Shown piece after piece: positions 1-12,248 of a stretch of 64,000 nt of DNA. The DNA comes from Amphiscolops sp. MND2022 (taxonomy: Eukaryota). Below the pieces are notes generated by a model. It worked only from the letters and a program-made list of their open reading frames with translations, was not told the origin of the DNA and searched no databases. Within the stretch, counting starts at the first letter, position 1. Every line of letters starts with the position of its first letter. The translations under genes and the position numbers were made by a program. The DNA is taken from assembly GCA_964187785.1 (NCBI GenBank), contig OZ076409.1, positions 33,916,001 through 33,980,000 on the forward strand, in the 5' to 3' direction.

Positions 1-155
1 AGAGAGTATAATACAAGACGGTTCCCCCACCTTGGGACTGGCTCCTTCGGAGGGAAAATGAGCTAGAGCCGCGGAGATCTGGGTCCCAGATTATATTCGC
101 TGTTCTGGTTCCTCCACCCTACGTTGCGGTTCAAGCGCCAGCGCTTATCGTTACA
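1..155 (+). repeat. 3' part of 5' LTR
   Basis: Ends in CGTTACA. Identical to 17691-17845 except at positions 10, 11 and 118. Confidence 0.97.
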
Positions 156-170
156 TTGAAACTCATTTTT

Positions 171-186
171 TGGCGACCACAGAGGG
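171..186 (+). promoter_or_regulatory. Primer-binding site (probably tRNA-Arg type)
   Basis: TGGCGACCACAGAGGG. TGG complements tRNA CCA, and the rest resembles the complement of tRNA-Arg 3' ends (...GUGGUCGCCA). Lies 15 nt downstream of the LTR end. Confidence 0.75.
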
Positions 187-2741
187 CTTTCCCTAGCGGT
201 TTTTAAAAGATCTGGCCCCCTGGTGATCAGCGCCAAGCCCGTTTTCGACTCTGGACAGGAGAGAAGCAGAGTTTTACCTCTTTTTAGTCGTATTACGTCT
301 TACTGGAACTGGGAGAGGCGTTGAACCAGAGAAAATGCCGAAGAAAACGTGTTTTCAGGTGTGAAAATGGTATTTTTGGGCATTTTAGAAGGAAATCGCT
401 CCTTAGGTGTGATGTGTTGTGTACCCATCAGCGGGTACCTTTTTGCAGGTGTAGAGGACCGTAGCACGTGGCTACGGGTGTCTAACAGGTTTTTTGAGCT
501 ATTTTCAGCCATTTTATGCCATGCAAGAGGGTAACGGATGGATGGTTTACCATACTCCAGCGAGGCGAAGGAAGGGACGAATCTTGTGTTGCCTACTTCC
601 TATTCCCATTTCTCGTGGAGACGTCCTAGAGGCATGGTTTTTGGTGGACAGCAAGTGCAACGACAGACGGTGCTAATGGTCCCACCCGCGTGTTTCTGTC
701 TGGTCTAGATGTGGAGAAATAACGTGGTGAAGATGCATCCCTTGTGACCAGATGTGTCGCTCAGATGGAGTATGGTTGGCGAAAATTTCGAAAATACACC
801 TCTTTCGATGGAGAATCGTTGGTGCAGGTCAGTGACGTTCTACTATAAATGTAACGACACCCTACGAAGTGCTTTTCTGCGAAAAAGATAGCACTTGGAG
901 AAAAAACCTCATTTTTGCGTTTTTTTGGTGTTTTTCTTGGTTTCGAGCACTAGTGCTCACAGAAGCCAGGAAAGTTTAGTAGAAAGTTTTGAAAAAGCAG
1001 CTGCAAGGCTCGAGAAAGCCGGCACGAGGCACGAAAGGTGAAGTTGAAGCCTTTGATTGTGATAAAAGTGCCAATTTGATGCCGAAAAATGTGAAAAAAG
1101 TGGAAATTTGGCCAAAAAGGCACCCAAAATGTGAACGTACACGAGTGTGGAAGTGTAAAATGACAGTGTACGGCACTGCCCCAAGTGTGGTTGACCCTCA
1201 GGATAGTAATTGCAACTTTTGTAGCGGACTCAGGCAGCCTGGGGCTGATACAGTGTGAAAGACTTGTGATTTTTTGCATTTTCGAGCAGAGAAAGTGCAT
1301 TAACCGAAAACACCCAGACCGAAGTTTATTCGAAGAGAGCGGGCTCGAGCGCTCTCATTTTCGATGTTAGCAGCAAAAACGACGCATCGTGGTGAAAACC
1401 GCGTGCAAAAATTCCTTTTCAGTGCTGAGAAAAGTGGAAAAACGCACTGAATTTGATCAATTGTCCACAAAACTGGACTGTCGCTGAGCTAGGGTCGGGT
1501 CATCGATTCCTGAACCCTAGCCAAAAAGTGGTTGCATTTTCGTAACTACCACAAACATTAACGTTAGTGCCGAAAATTTGGTGAGCGTGTCGCTCACCAA
1601 AGTCGAGAAAAGCTCTCTGACGTTTCGACTTCAGAAAAGCATAAAAAAGCCGAAAATAACCATAACTGCAGGATTGTCAGTGCCCTATACCTAAAGGCAC
1701 AACCAATTGAGGGTTTATCCCAGTGCTACGGATAGTGGGGCAACATGTTGGTCCCATTTTGCCTGCCGTATCACTTTCTGAGGTGATCCTCTTGATCAAT
1801 TTGTGAAAAAAGTCGTCAAAAAAAGTGTTTTTTGGTGTACAACGTACATAGTGGGTCGAAACCTCAAATAAGCGTTCGCGCTTTAATTCGACCATCTTAG
1901 TGGCATTGTAGGTGCCCATTGGCGTAAACTACTAAGTTTGGTGCCGATCCGTGTGATACTTGTCGAGAAAATAGAAAAAACGTGGAGCCCAAAAAGGTGT
2001 CCAAAAAGGCAGTTTTTTCTTAACTTTTCCAAGTAACCCGGGTACCTTAGCCGACGGGTGGGGCCATATTGCAGCCCATCATTGTAACTTGTGCTAGTTC
2101 CTACGTTGTTGCAGAGCTTTTGAGCTTGCTAGCTCTTTCCAGTGGACCGCAATCTTGAAAAAGACGTGAAAAACAGCGTATCTCGGTACATAGTGGTACC
2201 GCACGTCTGCACCTAGGTGAAACTGTGTTGAAGGGGCGCAGCTCAAAACCGTGTTCATTTTCGTAAACCTACGTGTACCTAAGATCTGCTGGTCAATTTT
2301 GGGCTTGATACAGCGCTTCTAGCGCATACACGAGCCTCTTGAGTGTTGTCGTGCGAATTTTGAAAAATCCTAAAATTCTTTGAAGTCCTTCCTGTGAGTG
2401 ACCGGAGACTTTCTGCCCCAAACCAAGTTGATTTTCTGGCCCAGTGCGCTTGTGAGAAAACGCTGTGCAAAATTGAACAGCCTACAAGCTCTGGAACGTG
2501 CTTCGAAAAATCAAGGACATTGAGTAACATTAAATTTCTTAAGTGCTCACCGGGACGACCAAGGGATCAGCCTCGGATTGAAGACCCTGCTACGTTCGGC
2601 GACCCAATTTGAGTCTTCCGAGTAATCGTGAGCGGTAACTCGATCGCTATTAATAAGCGCGTGGCCACCGAACTGATGGCGGTGCCCCATACAGGTTCAC
2701 AATCGTGGGTTACGATAGATGGTTCGCGTTTTTCAGACGAC

Positions 2742-5700
2742 ATGTCTGACGAAGTCACTATCGAACAACAGCGAAAAGAGGAATTGGCCGCTATGGTTCC
2801 TCCCTCAGAGAACTCCAGTGTTTCCGAAAATTCGCGTCGGACCGAGCAGTGGGTCGACGAAACCTGCCGCGATAGAGTCTGAAGTGGAGGAGGGCTGGCC
2901 CAATTCGAATGCAACTGATGAATTGGTGGCTGAGGAAGGGTGCTCGCGCGCACCCCCGGCTGGAGAGACACGACTTGGCTCGCAGACCGATATGGAGCAG
3001 GACCTCACTTATGTGGGAGGCATGAGTTACGCGAGACAGCGAGGACTCGGGACCACTCGAGGACCTACCGGGGTCTGTGCCTACGGAAAGCACAAGAAGG
3101 TGCGACCACCCATACTGCAGGTAGGCGAACCACGTCAAGAGGCATCCCGTGTTAGGAGTATGACAGGTTCATTGGCATCATCGCCACGGTCTTCGGTATA
3201 CAAGGCAGCGCTATTGGATGCCCAAGCCGAAACCCAACGGGCTCTAGCAGGTCTAGCCAGCACTCGTGCTGAGTGCAATGAGCAACATCTTGCTATCGTG
3301 GAAAATATTAAACTGATGCAGACTACGATGCGTGAGGGCCTGCAAGTCAGCGATCAATTGCGTACCGCGCAAAACGTGCAAAATGATCGAGTGGACACAT
3401 TGGGTCACCGGATGGGAGAGATGAGATGAATGACATGTTGATGGCTCGCGAATTGCGCGTGGAAACGCAGATCAACGACTTAAGCAATCAGATGCACACA
3501 GTACTCAACGCCATCGATGTAATGAGGCGTGAGAAGTCACTCCCGCGACAGCCCAGTGCAAGTGGAGGCGTGCGGAATGGAGATCCAGTCCGTATCTCGG
3601 AGCCGACGTGCCCGAGCCAGGTAGTGAAATCCGAACTGCCAAGTGCGTTGAAGCCTAGCACTTCCAGGCCGGCAGTACCTGCGCCCCGGAAAAATGAAGG
3701 AGTAGCCGGAAATTTGGTGATAGCCACGCCTGAAGCAGAGCGCAAGCCTGCACGAGTGCAGATGAGGGGACATCACGACTCAGCAGAGTCATCGATGCCT
3801 TCTGCAGCCCAGAGCACTACTCGAGATCAAGGCGTGGATCCGATGTCAACCATCTATCTTGATTCTTCGGTTGACACCAAGGCAACCCTAGGTTCTCAAA
3901 CCGAGGGAGCAACGTTTGCAACTGCCCCCATGTCGACGTCAGGACCAGACTCCTTAAACTGGACAGCAGACTTGTTAGCCGATCATGGACTGCCCTCGGG
4001 CACTCCCTGTGCTAGTAGCACTCGCAAGAAGGACGAAATCGCTGACCTGTCAATACAAGCCACTCTTGGTAGTCATGACAGGACGCGCGAAGGGGAAGCT
4101 AAGGTCGAAGAAGGAGAAGCCATATCCCCTGAGCAGCTGAGATTCACGGCCGCCATATCAAAGGCAATGTCAAAAGAGTTAGCGCCTTTACTCGCCGGCA
4201 GAGAATTGGCTCAGGCGAGACCTAATCTATATCGCGGTTCTGAAGACGGATCCATTGATGGGTGGATCCTTATTATGCAGAGATACCTGAAGAGAACGCA
4301 AACCAAGGTCTCGGCCGAGGACCAGGCCTGGAGCGTCATCAGTCACCTTGAAGGTGAAGCCCGCAACTACATCATTAACAAAGCGGAATCCGAACGTGAC
4401 ACCCCCGAGAAGGTGTTCGAATTGTTATCCAGCCGCTTTGGCGCTGGAGGAAATCGTATGCAAGTACGACAAGCCTTTCAGAGCCGCATTCAACATGAGA
4501 AAGAAGACTGGATGCAGTATTTAGACGCTCTAGAGGGTCTTAGGAGTCAAGGATTCCCGCAAGAGGCAATCACTACCAAGCGCTACGAAATCCTCCAGCG
4601 CTTCATGAAAGGCGTACGAGAACCAGCGCTGAGGCGGGAACTATCTATAGTGTATGCCTCGGAAGTCTTCCTGACCGAACCACCTAATGTGGAATCCCTT
4701 CGCTTCACCACCCGCCAATTGCAGCGCAATCGTCCCAAACCTAACCAATTCCCTCAACCCTATGACCCCAGACTAGCAATGAGGTCTAGACCTCATCCCT
4801 TCGCGCCACTACCCCCCAACAAAATGGTGTTACCACAAGGAGTAATGCCTCCCCCACCTGCGAGCAATGCCCCTCCAAATCAGGCAGCAGCGCGGCCTGC
4901 GGCACGCCTACCCGTTGGAGCATGCTTTAATTGCGGTCAAGCTGGGCATTTTGCCCGGGACTGTCCCACCCGCGATCAGGCTCGCAAACCAGTGGCAGCT
5001 CCCGAGCCAGAAGGCGTGAAAGTCACTGCTGAAGACGTAATCGACGGTGTGTTGGAGAATTATCCAGGCATTCATCAGTGTGCGCACTGTGGAGTCTCTG
5101 ACCATGTGGATGTCCCCTGTGGTGAGCACTCTCAAGCTCCAAGGCCTAATGATGAATTGGCCTATAATCGATGGGCCGAGGTGGAATCCGCTGGTGTGGC
5201 CGCCCACACGGTACCCCTGGAGGATGATCGCGTGTTAATGCTGCACCCAGCGGAGCCCCCAGCGTTTCATCCCCCACTGATAGTTACGTGCGGAACAAAG
5301 CAGATCCAAACGTGCTTGGAGCCCACCACGTTCGATTCACAAGGGAGAACGTTGATCTCGATTCATCTGATGCTGGCAGCCGAGCAGGTGCGTAGACCAA
5401 CGCCAACCTTGGCGAAACTCTGGGTTGAGCTATCTGTCGTCTATAACCGGATGGAGTTGCCCCGCCCAAAGCAGTGGTACGTCCCTGGAGAGTCGGAGAC
5501 CCTGACTACATACTCGCCAGTACCGGTTTGTGCAACAATGGACGGCGTGGACGTGAAGTTTGAGGCCTGTGTGGTGGTAGGTGTATTCCCACCCGGCTTA
5601 TGCTTGGGACCTCAAGAGCTGAAATGCTATAATATCAACCACCAAGAACCCACCGGGGAAGCGCGGATAGATGAGCGTGCGTCGCTTGTTGTCTCTTTTG

Positions 5701-6509
5701 TGGTGCCCCATGCGGCACCTATTCCACTGCGAGGTTTGGTGGATACTGGTTCCGGGGTGTCCATACTAACCTTCTCCGCCTTTAACCGGGTAGCTGCACG
5801 GACCGGTGCGGTCCTGAAACCCTATCAAATTGATTTGTACGCTGCCAACGGGAAGACAATAAAGACTTTCGGGTTGGCTGAGCAGGTACGCTTCCAGTTG
5901 GGAGGGTATGAACTCGAAACCAATTTCGTCGTGGTAGATGACGCAATGGGCGTGGAGGACTTTCTGTTGGGTCGAAACTTCCTCCGTTCCTACCAAGTCC
6001 TGGTAGACCTAACCTCCATGAAGATAGTGGCGCGAGCACCAGTGAAGCCCGTCTGGCATCATGCACACACCCAGGTAGGTGATGCTTCGCTAACTACTCC
6101 CATTGCTCTGGACAGTGACCTGGTCCTACAGCCTTTCGAGCGTACAGTGGCAAAGGCTAAACTTGTCACCAACGCGCTTGAACCATTAATTTTCCAGACC
6201 GTGGCGCTTAACGCCTCGTTGTCTGACCCCTCATTGCAAAATACCATCTTTTTAGAGGACAGCGTGGCCACTGTCAGTGAGACAGGAACACTGTATGTGA
6301 GTCTGGTAAACCTCACCAGCAACCAGCAGCGTGTACGATGTGGTGCCCACCTGGGCACGGTAGTGCCTGTGTCTTTAGTATACCAGGCTGTGCCCCAAAA
6401 GCTGGATGCTACTGCAGAAACTGACCACAAAACTGAAGCCGACGACAGTCGAGCAAATTTTGTTTATAAAGTGTACAGTGAAATGAACCTGCCACTGCTT
6501 CTGAGTTAA
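2742..6509 (+). pseudogene. gag: Gag-protease region (N-terminal coiled coil, capsid-like region, two CCHC knuckles, aspartic protease, dUTPase-like region)
   Basis: ATG at 2742 joins ORFs 2628..2882, 2719..3429 and 3426..6509 through two frameshifts; one is a 5-nt AGATG duplication at ~3418-3428. Knuckles CFNCGQAGHFARDC and CAHCGVSDHVDVPC. Protease LVDTGSGVSIL...FLLGRNFL. Confidence 0.9.
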
Positions 6510-9500
6510 TTTCTTCATCTGAAATTGAGTTTTTATCTTCGACGGACCCAAGCAAAGCAGGGCTTTCGGAGCGCGAGATTCGCAAGCGCACCGATCCGGA
6601 CCTATTGGCCCCGATCCCTGGGCCCGATTCTCAACTGCAAGAAGTTAAAAAAAACTCTGGGGCGCTAGCGCCTGCGAGTCCTTGGACAACATTCTTAACG
6701 AGTTTGATGACTTATTCATGAAGCGTAAGGCGGATATTGGCCGCTGTACCATTGCTAAACACACGATAGAGGTAGAGCCTGGGGCTGTACCGCACCGTGA
6801 AGGTGCTCGCAGAATGTCTCCCGAAAAGGCTGAACGAGCCAACCAGGAGGTTCGGAGCCTACTGGCCTTAGGGATGATACAACCTTCACTGTCCCCTTGG
6901 GCAAGTGGCATCGTAATGGTAAAAAAGAAAAGCGGGGAGTAGCGTTTTTGCTGTGACTTCCGACCGCTGAATGAAGTAACCATTAAGGATGCCTACCCCC
7001 TGCCCCGCATCGACGAAAGCCTGGCGCGACTGGGCAATGCAAAGATCTATACTAGCATAGATCTTGCCTGGGCTTTCTGGCAGATTCCGCTGCGAAAGGC
7101 GGACCGCCACAAGACAGCTTTTGCCTGTGAGTTGGGACTCTTCGAATGGCGAAGAATGCCATTCGGCTTGTGCAATGCATCAGCCACCTTCCAGCGAGCA
7201 ATAGCGCGAGCGCTACAAAAAATAGTTAATCGCAAAGGCATCATGGTCATGGCATACATCGACGACATAGTAATAGCAACGGAAACTGTGGAAGATCACA
7301 TGGCGCGTCTGCGCGACGTCTTTGAATGCCTCCGCGAGGCTGGTTTCAAGATGCGCGTAGCCAAATGCGACTTCATGAAACCAGAAATCAAATATCTGGG
7401 ACGCGTAGTCTCCGCAGAAGGCGTCAAACCGGACCCGAAACTGTTGCCAAACTGCGCGATTGGGACATCCCTCGCAACAAAACGGAAATGCAAAGTTTTC
7501 TGGGATTCGCCAATTATTATCGTGAATTTATCCCATGGCATGCCAAGCTGGTTGCGCCCCTCCACGCCGTTACTGGACTGAACGCCACGTTTGCATGGGG
7601 TCCTGATCAGCAAAAGGCCTTCAACGAAATCAAGAAAGCATTGATCGAGGCGACTGCGCTCGCGCAGCCTGATTCTGAAGAAGAGTTTGTGCTGGACACT
7701 GATGCCAGCGCCGTGGCCATTTCCGGCGTCCTACACCAGTGGCAAGGAGCTCCAGGAGAGCGACGCCTACGACCGATCTTATACGGCAGCAAGAAATTGA
7801 CCACCACCCAAGCCAAATATGGGGCACCCAAACTGGAGATGTTTGCAGCCTACTACTTCATCCTGAAATACCACAGCTACCTTTGCCCCCGAAAGTTCAC
7901 CCTGAGAGTTGACAATCAAGCCCTATCCTGGTTGAAAACCTACTCCACGGACCAAGCATTGATTGGACGTTGGATCATGACGCTGGACAGGTATCACTTT
8001 CGTGTGGAACACAGACCGCGAACTCAACACCGCAATGCTGATGGCTTGAGCAAACGAACCAACGATTATCGATGCCGAGAACAGCAGCTTGCGCAGCTGC
8101 CAGCTACCGGAGAGCGTTGGAATTTCCTCTCGGCCGAGGAATTCGACAACCTCCCCGTAGCCCCCTGGTTCGACCTGCAAGGTCGAATAATTCCAAATCA
8201 TCCTGACCTACCACTGCATCTGCAGAACTTGGAGCCTAAGGCTCCTGACCAAGCACTTCGTGTGCTTCGCCGTGTGCAACGAACGAACAAGCGAGAACGA
8301 CAGGCAAAGGCGCTAGCCGCACCTTTACCGCCTCAGCCTCCACCCGTGCTGCAAAAGCACGAGGACTTCTACCCAGACTATCCTGAAGATTGGATAGACG
8401 TAACTACTGAGGCAAGCGAGGATTACCTGCTGCCAACACATGCAGTAAACGTCCCCTCTCGCACCATCTATTCAGTGGCGGAAACGAGTAACGCCATGCT
8501 ACAGAACTCTCCTGGTGGCGTGCGCGAGTCGATTATGGCCCTCAAGGACATTGACACCGAGCTCCATGAACACACTCATACCGTACATGGGATCAAGGAT
8601 TTAGTCCTAGCCCAAAACCGCGATGTCCATGTGCTAGCACTAAAGAAGCTCCTGCAGTGTGAATCCCTAGATAACGATGTGTTTCCCGAGAACGTGCGTG
8701 AGTTCGCACGTAACTACTTCCGCCAGAAAAAGGACCTCTTGTTCAATAACAAGAATGATGTCCTTTGCGTGCAATACTCCCCCACCCAACGCCCATTGCA
8801 CGAACGTCCGTGCATGATCATAATGCCTCAGCTATACCAGCATGAGATTCTGTTCCGTGCGCACGACGCAATGGGACACCAAGGTATCTCAAAAGTGGTA
8901 GCTCGAATTCAAGAGCGCCACACTTGGCCCGGCATACGGCGCAGTGTCGGTCGATACGTCGGCCAATGCCTCACCTGCCAACAAGTACGTGACAAGCCTG
9001 GTGACATACGAATTCAACTGAAAAACATTCAGAGTGGCTACTTCAACGAGTTGGTCCAGTATGACCACTTAAAAATCTGCCCCTCTGATAACAACAACAC
9101 CGGCATTTTGGTCATCATCGACCATTTCTCTAAATTTGCAGAGGCAGTCCCTTGTAGTCACCATGACTATGACGCAGTGACCACCTCACGATTGCTGCTG
9201 CAGAAATGGTTTGCCCGCCACGGCACCCCCACTCGCATGCAATCGGACAATGCTCCCAACCTTACTGCTGAAGTCTCTAATGAGTTCTTAAAGGCAGCCC
9301 ACGTCACTAAAGTGACCTCTACTGCCGGACATCCACGAACACAAGGTTTGGTGGAACGCCAAAACCGAACCCTCTTAACCCTGTTGCGAGTCTTTTGCTC
9401 GCGCCGCATGCGCGACTGGGACCAATGCTTAGATGAAGTGATCGGTGCCTATAATTCTACCAGGCACGCCACCACAGGCTTCTCGCCCTACATGTTAACA

Positions 9501-12013
9501 AGGGGTGTTGAGAAAGCAATCCCCCTCACCTTTTTGTACCCTGAATTTGCGGCCAAGTCCTTTGATACGCATGAAGCATACGTGGATCATGTGTTGGCTC
9601 GCCAACAAGAAATTCACGACTTGGTCCGGCGCAATACGCACCAGGCCCAATTACGCCAAAAATTGAAATATGATCGTGCTATTCGAGCACGAGCCTACCA
9701 GCCAGGAGAGCCTGTCTGGGTTTTTTGCCGCTACGTGCCTCAAAAAGGCTTCCCCAAGCTGATGCGCGCCTGGCGTGGCCCGCACAAAGTAGTACAAGTC
9801 TTTCAAGAAGGACGTGTCTACGTGTTGGACACAGGCCAAAAGGTTCATTTTGAGCGCCTAAAACCTCATCACAGTGGGCCCCTTGAGCTCGCCACCGCGC
9901 AAGCGGACAGCGGCGAAATAGTGGTACTCATGGACCCTGACCCTGAACGTTCTATTGAAGTAGTTGACGACGATAAGTCCCAGCCTTCATATAAAACTGA
10001 ACAACTACTTTCAGAAGCATCTGACGTATCCTTGCCTTCGCGCAAGCACCATTGGATGGATACCCGTCTGCGCACAAAGCTACGTGCTGGAGGTTCCCGC
10101 ATGCACTACCAGCAGTTCGACTACTCGACCTCGGGCACTGACGACGAATTATCCGAAATCATGTTACCGGTACCTCCCGATCCAGTTGATGCTGATCGTA
10201 GGGAACCCGAAGTCCCCCAACCCCCATCAGACCAATCAAACCATCGTCTACCTCAACTATTCTCAGACCATGAGCGCGCGCGCTCTCCGTCACCACAAAT
10301 ATCTTCCCCCGAAAAACAGCCCTCATTATTGGGAACCTCGGCCCCATTACTGACAAATCCATCGCTAACGAGTTTCCTCAATAACTATCCCATTTGGCCG
10401 GCCGCTCCTTCCCTCCCTCTGAAGTCCGCCACCGAGGATGACGACGCTCAATCCAATGTGCCTACTCTTCCCACGACATTGCCCGGAGCGGGGACCGCTC
10501 CTTCTTTCAAAAGGGGGAGGGGGAGACCACCCAAAACGCGAAAACGGCTGGTTAGAGCGAAGGCAAGAACGAGGAAGAAGGAAACAACAACAACAATGCC
10601 ATTGGAAACAGCAATGCCGACCGAGGCTTCTGAGGTCCCCCGATACCAGTTGAGAAGCAGGCGGCAACCACGCTACAAATGCGGGACCTGTGGGCTGCGA
10701 GACTGTGTTTGCTTGCTAGCCGTCAATGAGAACCGGAGGGTTCCCACTGGAGCCCGGGGAGTTCCTCCGGAGCGGGGAGAAAATCTAGTACATCGCCTTA
10801 CGGTGAGAGCTGAGAAGACTTACTCTTCCCTGGAATGACACGGAGACCATCCCGTGGAAACTATTCTGGAGAAGTTATCATCACCTGGAGTAGCGAACGC
10901 TCCATGTCCTCGATTCAAGGAGTGGACTAGCGACGGAAAAGGGTTAGAGTTTACCCTCGCAACGGTGATGCCCCCAGTACCCAGCAATATTGCGTTTGGA
11001 CCCTTCAACTTCGAGCGGGAGCCTGTGCAAATGGTCCGATGCATCACCGCTGATCTTCTCTGTGACAAATACGGAATTCACGTGGATCCGGGCGGAGTAT
11101 ACAGCCCAGCGCCGCACTGGTGGTTGCTGGTTACTGCTCCACGAGTGGAGGCAATAGTGGAACCACTGCACCTGCTGTCCTGCTTGGAAGGTCTGAGGAC
11201 CCTCACTACCGCGGACTTGATACTTTGCTTCCACATCATAGACTGGTATCGTGGCAAAGTGAAATTCGCGTGGTGGTTGGAACTAATCATCACTTGTTTC
11301 ACCAATTATCCTCGCATTAGATTGCTGGATGAGTGGACTCATACTTTCGAGATTCCACTTCCCTCAAAAGCCGCTTTGAGCACCCTAGACACATAGGTCA
11401 GGGCGAGCAGTGATAATCGAGCGATGCCACGCACGGTGTGGCAAGACCTGGCTGCAATCCAGTGGCGTACGCCCCGCGTATGCTTACCTGCTGACAATGG
11501 GCCGGGGAGAGAGATTATCTACCCGGGAATTCTGCATCCAGCCCCAATAGAGCACCTCTCGTACGATGTGACTGACTTTCTTCAAGTAGAAGGTGATATG
11601 GTGTTAGCGTGTCCCGCTGACCTAGAGACCAACTCAGCCGCCCTACGGTATATGCTACGAGAATGCGGCAAGGAGAATGTGTTCTCCTTACGTCCCAAGG
11701 TGGGGGAGATTCTCACCATTCCCCCTGATATCAACCCAAACCCCAATCAGAGTGTTCACTTATTGATAATCAGAGCAAACCAGCGTGCGCCGCTGCTCTC
11801 CGACGACTACCTACGTTGTATGACACACTTAATACAGCGTTTGATAGAGAAAAGATCCACGAGGTTCCACCTACCTATATTGAATCCAGAGCGACCCGCC
11901 CTCTCATTGGTAAACTAATACCATCCCTAACGAATTTGCTGGAGGGCACTGGCATTCACGTGGTGCTGCATAACCGCGTGTATGTGTCCATTCTGAGCAT
12001 AGGGCCAGAGTAG
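6490..12013 (+). pseudogene. pol: Pol: reverse transcriptase, RNase H, integrase and long C-terminal extension
   Basis: RT motifs SPWASGIVMVKKK, RMPFGLCNA, YIDD, YLG. RNase H motifs DTDAS, KLEMFA, VDNQAL, NADGLS. Integrase HHCC (HDAMGH...CLTC), D-D-E (YDHL, SDNAP, VERQN) and GPY/F-like WRGPHKV. Lesions: frameshifts at ~6490, ~6650, ~7440, ~11915; stops at 6940, 10836, 11394. Confidence 0.95.
10944..11975 (+). other. Two tandem TARG1/OARD1(Poa1p)-like macrodomains at the end of the pol frame
   Basis: ORFs 10854..11396 and 11424..11918 are in the same frame as pol ORF 7326..10838. By eye, both follow the TARG1 pattern (LAHCISED / GEVAVL / IYYLITK / LQKSLEAM / LSMPRIG / EVFEATDIKITVY). Confidence 0.65.
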
Positions 12014-12248
12014 CCCGCCCAAAACTCTTTTCTGTTGCCCCCAATTTAATTTATTTACCCCGATAATTGTCATGTCTGGGATGAAGTCTTAAACTATCCC
12101 ATGAAATGATTACCTTGTAACGTGTCGTTAAATAAATCCTATCTTTGTGTTCTAGTTAGTTAGTTGAACTACAATTTAAACTTGTTGCGGTTCCCCTATG
12201 GAACCATCTTTGTTCATAGTGGCCGCCCTGCTCACTCAACTAGACACA

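Noticed and set aside
2719..3429. Separate ORF upstream of gag with an ATGA overlap at 3426
   Set aside because: Better explained as the gag N-terminus broken by a 5-nt AGATG duplication; removing it restores a single frame.
6640..6660. Programmed ribosomal frameshift at the A-run before RT
   Set aside because: This copy has many scattered indels and stops, so a homopolymer indel is simpler. It cannot be distinguished without other copies.
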